64,000 bases of DNA from Tubulanus polymorphus (lineage: Eukaryota > Animalia > Nemertea), in NCBI RefSeq assembly GCF_964204645.1, contig NC_134029.1, forward strand, positions 16,920,950 through 16,984,949. Direction: 5' to 3'. The notes under the pieces were generated by a model. The model was not told where the DNA came from and did no database searches. It saw only the letters and a list, made by a program, of their open reading frames with translations. Position 1 is the stretch's first letter. Each line of letters starts with the position of its first letter. Shown in pieces: positions 52,582 through 64,000 of the stretch. The translations under genes were made by a program, and so were the position numbers.

Positions 52582-55500
52582 GATACGAATACGAATACGA
52601 ATACGAATATTTATTTGCACTCCAACCATTTCCATGGTATATGGAGGAAAACAGTATTTACAATAATTACATAAACAGTAATAAAAGCTACAAAACTTAA
52701 TTAACTGGTCTCACACTTGTGTACAAAATATACTATTTACTATTTACAATACATATATTTACAATACATACACTACCGGAGGGATTTATATACATCTAGA
52801 CCTATTTTGATGAATTTAGCCATATTTAAAGTTGGATTTTTTAATACATCTAAGTTCCGAAAGGTATTAATATCTAAGTGGTTTTCACGGGGTTCGGTAA
52901 GCAAATTACAATCGAAAATAAAATGTACTTCGTCTCCTAAAACGTTGCAAGCGGGGCATAATCTATCGGTTCTGGGTAAATGAAGGTTTGATAATCTATT
53001 TACAGGTAGGAGATAAGACCCAATCCTGAACTGAAATAAACTGGTCACTAAATCGTCATCAAGCTGATTAATATTATAGTTTTCAAATTCAATATCCTTC
53101 TTATATTGCCTAAAATTAGTGTATAGCGAGTTATTATTCAACTTAGAATCTATCTCTTGTACGTGCTGGTCTCGGAGTACACATTTTAATTTCTTTGAGA
53201 GTGTCATAGAGTTAACCATTAATTGCTGCGTCCAAATATACGATAGACCGCAGTCATCAAAAATCTTCTTAATAAATAACAGCCAGGGGCTCTTAAACCT
53301 GTAATTAATATATAAATTGAGAGATATTTTATAAAGGATTGAACTTAGTTTAGATTGCTTGCACGATACCGTTTTAGCCCAAAAATTGATCATTCTACGA
53401 TTTACGTCAATATACATAGGATAACGCCCTAGCTCTGCCAGCACTTGCACATTATGGGAATATTTCGTAACTTTCATAATAATTTTACAGAATAAGCAGT
53501 GGAGGTTTTCTAGTAAATCGAGATTCTCATAACCTCAGATTTCGCAGCCGTATAGTGCTACAGGAGCGACACACATGTCAAATAGTTTAAGCATTACATC
53601 TATCGGAAGTTTCAAACGTCTACCCTTCTGAATAATAGAAAACATGGCTCTCATAGCTTTATCATAAAGACATTTTTTTGCTTTAGCGAAACTGCCATTC
53701 CAGTTGAATTTTACTCCAAGATACAAATAATCTTCAACTACCTCTAACTCTGGTTACCAAACATAAATTTTCTAGAAATTTTCTTGATCCTACTTTTACT
53801 TCTAGCGAAGACTAATATTTTAGTTTTATCAACATTCACTGAAAGGCCATTGTCGGCGCAATATTCAAATAGTGTATCTAAATGTAACTGGAGAGATTTT
53901 TCATCTTCAGCAAGAATGACTGTGTCATCTGCATAAAGGATAATGAATAAGTTAAGTAAAGTCCCTAGTTCTGGATCACAATTAAGATTCAGTTTGTCAA
54001 TAAATGACAAAGTTGGATTACTGCGCGTGAGAAAAAACTCTTCAATATCGTTTAGAAATAGGGAAAATAGAATTGGTGATAAGTTTTCGCCTTGTCGTAA
54101 GCCTCTATCTGCAGCAAAGTATTGTGATGTGTTACCGTTAAATTTAACACATGACTTAACCGAGTTATCGATATTTTTTACTATATTTAAGAAATTCCCC
54201 GTTATGCTACTATCGATTAATTTTCTCCACAATGTAACTCGACAAACCGAGTCAAAAGCCTTCTTAAAATCAACAAAGGCGCAAAAAAGTCTCCTTCCCT
54301 GACAAAGGTACAATTCGACAATAGTTTTCAGTGTATAAATATGATCAATAGTTGAATATTTTGGTCTAAAACCGGCTTGGGCCTCGCTAATTATATCATT
54401 TGAATCTAGGAAAGCTGACAGTCTATGATTAAATATACTAGTGAACAATTTACCTAGACAACTAACTAACGTAATACCTCGATAATTATCAGGATTAGTG
54501 GGGTCGCCTTTCTTCTTAAAAATAGGTTTGATTACTCCTACGGACCATGTTTCTGGAACATGTCCAGTTTTAAATACTAGATTGAATAGGTTTTGTAGTA
54601 TGTTAACCAAACAGGGATAACGGCTAAATTTTAATAACTCATTAGTGATTCCATCGATACCAGAAGCCTTATTGTTTTTTAAGAAAGAGATAGCTTTAGT
54701 TACTTCATCGACAGTTATGTCGCAGTTAAGAATATGATTGTCATAGACAGGAGGTTCATCACCCGTATGTTCTACATGATCGTTTATTCCGTTTGCATCG
54801 TTTAAATCATTTAGTTGCATAAAATGTTCGAAGATATCAATATCAATATTAGCATTACTGTGTTTTGCACCAGTCGCGGAATTTAGCATCGCCCAGTACT
54901 TTTTCGGATTATTGATTTCGCAATCTCTTAGTTCTTTGATAAAAGCTTCTTTTTGTTTTTTCTTACTTTCTCGGATAATTCTTTTGTATTTCTTGGATGA
55001 GTTTTTAAGAGCGTCAAAGTTAGAAGGGGTTGGACGGCCCCTATTACGGCTTTTCCTATAATTATATTCTTTTCGCGCATCCCTACAGCTCCGGCCATAC
55101 CACTTATTACGAACTGGGGTTCTAAGACTCCTACTTTTCCTGTGATACATCAAATTACATTCTTCTGCACTTTCTAACAAGGAAGATACAAATCTATCAG
55201 TGAGCTCATTTATATTGTTCGGAGACTGGCTAACTAGGTCCTGTAGTCCATTCAAAAGTAGATCATTAAGGCCAATATCACATAATTTAGATTCAACTTT
55301 CGTGAAAAACTGATCCGATCTATCATTGTCCCACCAAATTGAAGGCTTTTCGTTTACTTGTTCATGGTTCTCATTATCAGCAACAATAGGGACCTTAGAA
55401 TTCTTAAGTAAACATAGTCTAAGTGGACTGTGCCCATCAGACAGTAAAGATTCAAATGGCATTATCTGGAAATCATAAACAGATTCAAAAAGGTCAATAT

Positions 55501-56524
55501 CACATACAAAATAATCAATAACACTAGTTTCCCTAAAAGTATAATTACCAGACTGGTCACCACCACATCTGCCATTAAGTATAATCAAAGAATGGTTCTT
55601 ACAAAGATCAATTAGCTGATAGCCGATATTATTAGTTCTTTTGTCTTGATTGTTTCTAATAGCTGGGATATCAAAGTTAATTAAAAGCTGTGAGTCAATA
55701 GCAGGGTGTAAATCGTCCTCTATTGTCTGGTTATCAGGTTCTAGAAAGTCTGGTACACATGAGCTGTGAGCATTAAAGTCACCCGTAATTAGCACGTTAA
55801 AATCGTTTTCAATCTTTAGCTGTAATAATTCCAACTCTATTTCACTAATTGCTCTATTCGAATAATATTTACTTGTTTCAGGGGGAATATAATCCACTCC
55901 TAAAAGTATGTTTTTATTGAACTTAAACAAATCCTTATCTAAACAGTACCAAGATACAAATGGGCACTCAGTAAGTATTGGATCTATCATACTATCTAAA
56001 CAACGCCTATAAATGATACCGATTCCACCCGATTTCCTGTTCGAAATTTTCTCCCTGTTTTTAAAATGTGATACATATGAATCAGGCAAATCATGACTTA
56101 GATTCCCATCTACATCGTCGAGGTGGGTTTCAGATAAACAAATGAGATCATAGCTACGAATAAAATCTTCAAATTCAGGGACACCGAGTTTACTATTAAT
56201 ACCACATATATTGAGACTCGCAAAGTTGATACTTTTGATTGGTTGATTATTATCGACGTCTAATTTGTTTTCTTCACTAATGCTAGCATAATAAGTGTCT
56301 AATTGGATACCTTCAACGTTTTCAAGAGGGGAGACATCTTCAATTAAATTATCAATTACATCATAATCATTATTTTCACTATTTACATCTGAGTCATTAT
56401 TTACATCACGATCATTAATTTCACTATTTACATCAGGATAATCACAGAAAAGAGTAAAACTATCTACATAGTCCAGAGCATAGCACCGACCTTTCGAGAG
56501 CAACACTATTCGTTCGAGACATTC
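52582..56524 (-). mobile_element. LINE-A: 5'-truncated APE+RT non-LTR retrotransposon (RTEX-like, clade inferred), with a frameshift and a stop in the C-terminal region
   Basis: ORF 53744-56506 with APE motifs (CLSETH, GDFNAH, IDYF, SDGH) and RT (YADD); downstream LYGCEI* and C-terminal CPAC..GDEVHF..C; (GTATTC)n tail. Confidence 0.93.
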
Positions 56525-56536
56525 GATGCGTTTTTT

Positions 56537-59500
56537 AGGTTGAGGTTTAGGTTTATTTATTTCGCTCTAACCAAACATTGGTACATAGAGGTTACAAGAA
56601 TTTGTACAATAAAATTTATAATTTACAAAACTTAAAAACAAGAAAACAGAGATACACATAGAATAATAATAGAGATAACAGATATGTATACATGAATTTT
56701 ACTTAAGTAGCTTGAGACCAGCATTTACAAATCTTGCGAGATTAATTAATATTTTGTTATTTACAGCATTAAATATTGTGACATTTTAAAAGTGTTTGGT
56801 CTATTTACATAAAAAGGTGTTAAGAAAACTCTTCGTATATTGTATAGTTTGGAACACTCAAAAAGAAAATGGAATTCATCACCGATTTTGTTAAGACTAC
56901 AATATGTACAAATACGTTCGTTTCTATCAATATTTACATTACTAAATTTGTTGGCATCTAATTTACGGCTACCGATCAGAAATTCAGCGAGACTATACAT
57001 GAGGTGGTTCGGTACAACGGATAAATAGTTTTCATAATCATATTTAAGTTTAAAGATTCTATAATTTACGCATATGTCACTATTTTGCAATTTTTCCCTC
57101 CATGTCTGAATGTATCTATCTTTTAGAGATTGTTTTATGATATTTATCGACCGTAGATCGATTACCTGGTCTTGCCACACAAAGTTCAGCCCACAGTTTT
57201 GTATAATTTCCTTAATTTGGCAAATCCAATCAGATACATATAAATCTTTTCTGTATAAGTCGTACAAAATATTATACATTACTAGATTCAGCTTTGACTT
57301 GTTAGCATTTAAAGTTTTGTTCCAATATTTAATCATTCTAAGTTTAATAGTAGTCGATAAAGGTTATCTGCCAGTCATATCGCCATATATCATAGTATTA
57401 TGGCAGAATTTTGGTACTTTTAGAACTAATTTACAAAACCTTGTGTGGACTTTTTCTAGTATATCGATATTTTCATGGCCCCATATTTCACACCCGTGCA
57501 ATAGAATTGGTGCCACACAACAATCAAATAATTTAAAAAGTAAGTCTGGAGGAAGATTACATCTTCTGCCTTTTTGAATAATAGCAAACATTGCTCGAAC
57601 AGCTTTGTCGTGAATTGCTTTTTTCGCTTTTGTAAATTTTCCATCCCAATTAAACAAAATTCCAAGATAATTGTACTCATCTACTCTTTCCAATGTCTCA
57701 TCACCGAATAGAAAATCGGGAAGGTTTTTTAATCTTTGCTTCGATCTTGCGAACATCATTATTTTCGTTTTATCAATGTTAACAAATAACTTGTTTACTT
57801 GGCAATAATCATATAGTACATTTAAATTGTTTTGTAATTCAAATTCTGATTCTGCAAATAAAATTGTGTCGTCTGCATATAATAATACAAATAATTTCAG
57901 TAATACCTCAATTTCTTCTTCAAAACTTTTTTTGTATAGTTTGCTAATAAAGGTGAGTTACTATTGTTATCGTTGAAGAATTTATCAATATCGTTAAGGA
58001 AAATAGCGAATAACAGGGGAGAAAGACTTTCACCCTGTCTTACTCCGATGTTTGAAGGGAAAAAATTTGAAGTATCACCTTTAAACGATACACAAGATTT
58101 GGAATTCAAATAGAGGTTGTGAACGGTGTTAAAAAAGAGACCTTTTATACCTAAAGCCATCATCTTTTTCCATAAAGCAATTCTCCATACGGAGTCAAAG
58201 GCCTTGCGGAAGTCTACGAAGCAACAGAAAAGACGTCTACCTTGATTACGGTATAGCTCAACAATAGATTTAAATGTGAATAGATGATCGGTAGTAGAAT
58301 ACCCCGCTCTAAAACCTGCTTGATTTTCACTTAAAAGTTGATTTACCTTCATAAAACATGTTAATCTATTATTAAGGATATTTGTAAAAAGTTTGCCTAA
58401 ACAACTAACTAGCGTTATACCTCTATAATTATCCGTACAATTAATATTGCCTTTATTCTTAAATATCGGTTTAATAGAGCCTATAGTCCAGCTTTCTGGG
58501 ATAATGCCACTCATCAATACAATATTAAAGAGTTGAAGAAAGGATGAGCGTAAGTTATCATCGGAATTTTTTATCATTTCATTACAAATTGGATCCATAC
58601 CGGTAGCTTTGTTGTTTTTTAAGGAAGAAATGGCTTTATTTAATTCTAGCATAGTTATTTCAGCATTAAGCATAGAGTCATCTATATCGTTTAAAAGTAG
58701 ATCTGTTTCCGTATCCAAAACTTCAGTCTCATCGTGAGCGTTTAGGTCAGCGAAGTGATTAAAAAAGTCATTGGATGTAAGGGTGACAGTGTCAGTTGGA
58801 ATGTTAGAATTGCTGTGCGAATTTATCAATTTCCAGAATTGTTTTGGATCTTTTTATTCACAGGATTTTAGTTCATTAATAAATGTAGTCTCGGCGGATT
58901 TTTGACGTTCAAACATAGCTTTTTTATAGTTTTTGCCAGCAATTTTCATATCATTTAAATTCGTATCCACTTTGTTATATCTATGTTTGTTCCTACGACT
59001 ATCAAATATCTTTTTTAGTCTCTTGCATTCATAATCATACCATTTATGTCTCCCTTTAGTGGTTACTTTTCTAGGCCGACTTAATCTGGAAATACCGCAG
59101 GAATCTGCAGCTGTGACCATTATATTCGAAAGTTTGTTTGTCAAGTCATCGACTGAATTTTTGTTAATAGTTGTGGGATTTACATTAGTTAAATTTCTAT
59201 TAAGCTCGGTCAATTCCGCATTGTTAATTAGCGTTCTATATTGTTGAGATTTGTCTCTTTGCCATTTAATAGATTTGATAGGTTTGTGCCTAGGTTTTGT
59301 ATCAGTAACTCTATTGGCTGGGCAACTTTTATTATTCAATTCAATCGTCACAAGATGGTGACCATCTGAAAATAAAGGATTAAAAGTGTCGACACTTAAC
59401 TGGCCGATTGATACAAACACGTCTACTGAGCAAACAAAGTAATCAATTACGCTGTTTTCTTTGAATGTATAATTACCCTCTAAATCCCCAGGCGCCCTCC

Positions 59501-60992
59501 CATTAACAATCAAAAGCTCTAGTCTTTTACAAAGATCAATTAACTGATAGCCAGCTGTGTTGATTCTGGAGTCCTTATTGTTTGTATGGGTTATATTTGC
59601 CATTTGGCGGTTGAAAGGATTATTATCATCAAGGTCATTTTCTATAACATAATCTTTAAGTTTACCCGTTCTAGCATTGAAATCACCCCCTATACAAACG
59701 AAGACATCCCTTTCTATTTTTTGAAATGCAATTTCTATTTCAATGTCGTCGAATTTATAGTTGTTAAAAAACTTCGAGCCTTCTGGTGGAACATAAATAC
59801 TACCTAAGAGAACGTCTTTCTCAATATTAAACACACATTTATCAATTTGGAGCCATAATATGTCCTTATTTTCGGTTTGTATTTCTTTGACATATTTACT
59901 ATATTCGCTTCGGTATATTATCCCAATTCCGCCAGATTTTCTAACGGCTAGATTATGTCTGTTCTTAAAAATAGCACTTTATCCGCTAGGTAGTTGTTCT
60001 TTAACTAATTCCGAGTCGCACGCATCGAGTTTAGTTTCCGATAAACAAAAAAAGTCAAATTGTGTTATAATTCGCCAGTCAGGTGATTTCATTTTGTTAA
60101 ATAATCCACAAACATTTAATGCCGCAATCCGTATGTTGGTCTCGGCAACATCCTATTCGCGGTGCGTCGGGCGCGGCGCGTGGGTCGCCCCACGAGGGAA
60201 CACTTCTTTACCGTTTACGATTAGTTTATCTCTAACGAATTTCACTTTATAACCATTCTTTTTCGCATCCCGATATTCACCCATTCGCGATTTTCTCCGA
60301 TCCTGCCATTCTTTTGGAATTTGTTCGGACATTCCAAACGAGGTTCCAGTCAGATTACGACCTGCGCTAAGAACTCTTTCCTTGTCGGTGTATTTATGGA
60401 ATTTCGCTACTATCGGTCTGTTTTTGTTTCGCGTTTATGTCCTCCCAATCTGTGTACTCGATCGAGTACCGGTTTGAAGTCCGCAATTCCTAGATCATTT
60501 TCTATGAATTTCTGTATTTTGTCATTGCAGTCCTCATTTTCCTCTTCTTTGATCGAGTAGAAGATCGCATTTTCGCGCATAGATCTCCACTGCAAATCCA
60601 GTAACGCTTCATGATCCGCTCGTTGCTGTGCTAGGATAACCTCTTTCGCTTCACTATTTTCCGCTACGTTTTTTTCTAATCGTTGGTTTTCTAGCTTTAG
60701 CTCGTTGATAGTTTCATGACAAAATTCTAACGATTTCGTCAGATTGGCGATCTCCGCGATTAGATTATCTAGTACATCCAGTTTATCGAGCTTCTTTAGT
60801 TGGCTAAATATTTCCGAAATTGCCGAATGTACATCCAACTCGTCTTGCGATTGATTTTTATTCTTGGCTCGCAGCTTTGTATCTGGTGAAGATCTATTAG
60901 ATTTCGTGGTTGGTGCCATTGTATCTGTAGTTGTCGTGTTGAAATATTAAGAGAGCACCGAAAACGCGTCTGCATTCGTTAACCACGTTGGA
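56537..60992 (-). mobile_element. LINE-B: apparently full-length, degenerate APE+RT retrotransposon with ORF1
   Basis: ORF1 60410-60919 (coiled coil, RSMRENAIFYSI, RVHRLG); ORF2 fragments 58854-59834, 57897-58829, 57364-57759, 56761-57336; (AAACCT)n tail; T6 on both flanks. Confidence 0.9.
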
Positions 60993-63900
60993 TTTTTTCG
61001 CGCATAGTTCCCCGGTAGCGCCGCTACTTAGCAATAATAAGAACTAATGTTATTGACGATGTTTTGTTAAGTGGAAAGACGCCGAGTACCAGTATATATC
61101 CGATGTTCGAATCCCCAATTTCTTCAGGATGTTTTGATTTTAAAATAGCGATCGTTTTAATAGATTTGGTGTACCTTATTAAACTTACCCACCGGCACCA
61201 CACCTGCCGGATGTGAAACAGGGGACGTCCTATTCCAATGACGCTAAAGATTTAGTGTGAATTTTATGGTACTGTAACGGCGGTATGAATAAAATCAGCT
61301 TATAGACTGAGAGTAAAGTATTTTAAGGCAAACTCTAATGGGCTGTTGCATATCGTCGAAAGACTTCTCATCCATCGATACTTGATAAAAATGAAATAAA
61401 AAATCTAGTTCCAATTATCTCATGTAAGCGTACAATTTATTTTGAAAATCTCAACCATACATCAAAACATTTTAAAGCCTTCTATATCAAATGCAATCTT
61501 TTGCTAACATAAACAATGGACAAATGGCCATATCTCTATCATATTAATTACATCACGAATGCTAAATATTGCGATATTAATTGAAATCGTTCAACCAACA
61601 AATGAATTTAGTTAACATAATATCATCACAAACCATTCATATCCTTGGCAAAGGACTTATAAGCTTTTAGAATATCCAAACAGGAAAACTTTAGTTTCAT
61701 TTCTATGCGAGTAGAAATACATTATCATTATAACATCCATATCGTTGCATTACATATAACATCCATATCTTTGCATTATATATATGTTTATAATGTCATA
61801 TCTCTTAATAATAATCAATCCAATAATTAAATCAATAATACTAATTTATTTATAAATTAATAATTGATAATTAAACTATCAACTCTGCTATAATTGAGTT
61901 ACACATGAGGTAAAAAAATTATGACATAAAAACTCCTGTCAGAGTAATAGAAGTAACTGTCTAATACATGAAATAATACATTTTATACAATGAACTGAGC
62001 TCTGATGAAAATATTCAATCTGAGATCTTACGAATGATGTTATTTTAGCCCTCTACTTCTGAAAACTGAATAGCGCGCTGTGAACTTCATCTTCAAAACA
62101 AATTTGTTGAAAGGCAGTGTATCGAAAAACTGTACGTACAGTGCACTGCGAACTGAACGCGGCGTCTTCTCACTTAAAAAATTATTGACTTGACAGATTA
62201 GTTCGATTTTCGACCGCAGCGGCGCTCTACGACATTGGACAAAAGAAACTTTCTACCTTTTGCCGATTTGATACTCACAAAATTATTTCAATGAAACGAC
62301 CTTGAGATGATCGCAAAGCGAGAAAAATCCCGCAAAATACTGTCCGTACAGTGTCGCCCCTGTGTTATTTAGCCGCATTACACAATTTGACGTTACGCTT
62401 ACACATTTTGGCGGTGTACTATGACATTTTGTCAAAGTACAGACAAATAGACGAAACGCTGATTTTTGGCGGGAATGGCCGCCCATAAAAACCAACATGC
62501 CGACAAACCGAAAGTTTACCTACGTACTCACATAGCGAGGTTCTGACATACCAGCAAACTATTGAATTATTAGTATGAGGCCGCGTAAGATACATTGATT
62601 TTTTACTACTTATGAATAAATATAATGGCGAGAGTCGAGAGACTCCTCAGATCGTCTTTTTTTCATATTTTTTTTGATAGTCATAGTGACATCAGATCAG
62701 GCAAATTGCATTTGACCAGGAATCGTCATATCTCTTCGTATATGGAAAGCGACGACCGGTTTTTTGCGAGTTGTGGCCCAACGATCGGTTTTAGGACGGT
62801 AGAAACTACGACGCAACAACTGCTCGAAATAGCCAATCGACTCAAAGACAGTATTTTCGTGAATCTCGAAAGCGTTATGAATGATATAGTTCGTCCACTA
62901 AATTTTGAATGCTGCAACCAACTAAAAGTTAATAGCGCCTAATAAAAGTCGTCAATTCTTTGACGGTAGAGTACGTTAAGGGAACCGATGCTTTCAACGT
63001 GGTATGGCCGTAGACAACGAAATTGAAAAATCTACCGCTTTTGAATATCTCCTCAGATCGTCTCTTTTTCCAGAGGTCATATTTTCAGCACAATCCTTCT
63101 AACCTTCACCGCGTAATTAGAACGTTTTATTAACTGCCAGTCCGGCCCACCAATGGACAAACTGCAGTTGTAACTGAAAATGCGTACTGATATCGTGACT
63201 AAAGAACGACAAGATATACTTTATTTTCGATAAATGAAAATCATCATATTCAGTATTTTTGCGTAATTTTTTTAATGGTTTTACGATAGGAAAACTATAA
63301 TTCATCAACTGACAAGTGTAGTCTTCAATGGCCAATGTCGTTGTTGAGGAAATAAGGCAAATAGGAAATGATTTTATCGGAAAGTGGCATGCTTAGAAGC
63401 GGAGCCAGTTGCAACGAGTTACACATGCTCTTCTTCAATTTCTGCAACGTGCTGTGAAAAGCTAGATGATAGTTGAGCACAGTCATCCCTGACGGTCGAT
63501 CGATTGGAATTCGACCGGCCTAGCAATCAATTATCGATGGGCGATAACGGCAGCACCTTATGGTGTAAGGAGGTTGTACGCCCTTAAAATGAGGCGGTTC
63601 ATTATTGATGTACTGGTTTTAAAATCCGCTAGCTAAATGAGCATTGCCGGCAGCACCACAAGGCCGCCCTTATACTAGCCACAGTAACAAGGAAGCCGCT
63701 CCCGTTATCGCCGCGCCGATATGTTGGTTTGTCATCGATTGAGGTGTCTCCATGGAAAGTTTCCAATGGGGTACCCGCAGTGCTACTTGACATTCGAGGA
63801 TTCCACTAATGGCATGCGAGGATCCGCCAGGTTTGCTAGTAGATCGTTGGTCATCCGCGTTCGTTTTCTTCTACATTTCAATTAATCAGTAATACACGAC

Positions 63901-64000
63901 GCGTAACCAACGTTGGTTTTTCATCGGTAATTTTAATGTCGTTGTATTTAGTCTCTTTGTTAGCCTAGTAAAAGGCTTCAGTGTTTTGTCGATTGTAACG

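Larger units (their letters stand above)
38403..54953. repeat. Tandem triplication of a 3310-bp unit (about 0.9 kb flank plus about 2.4 kb LINE 3' half); copy 1 carries a 6633-bp insertion
   Basis: Unit starts (tgaaacaagtcaaatg) at 38403, 48335, 51645; identical ORFs recur at +3310 (47124/50434/53744; 48390/51700). Confidence 0.95.

Overview
AT-rich, intron-rich eukaryotic DNA, probably a marine invertebrate such as a lophotrochozoan (inferred from the repeat types). Positions 1.6-36.2 kb hold one minus-strand gene, a cytosolic carboxypeptidase 1 / Nna1 (AGTPBP1-like tubulin deglutamylase). I assembled it by hand into 23 in-phase GT-AG coding exons (about 1229 aa). Its introns are full of MITEs and Helentron-derived (HINE-like) repeats, including a stack nested five deep. 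Upstream (38.4-62.3 kb) is a mobile-element pile-up. Two APE-RT LINEs are inserted about 10 bp apart in one arm of an inverted-repeat element. A 3.3-kb segment (putative gene-proximal DNA plus the LINE 3' half) is tandemly triplicated, and its junction creates an in-frame RT-only ORF. A 6.6-kb non-autonomous Helentron carrying a spliced, frameshifted gene with two deubiquitinase-type domains (herpes-tegument/VTD-like and OTU) sits in the first copy. All coordinates were read by eye and may be off by a few bases.
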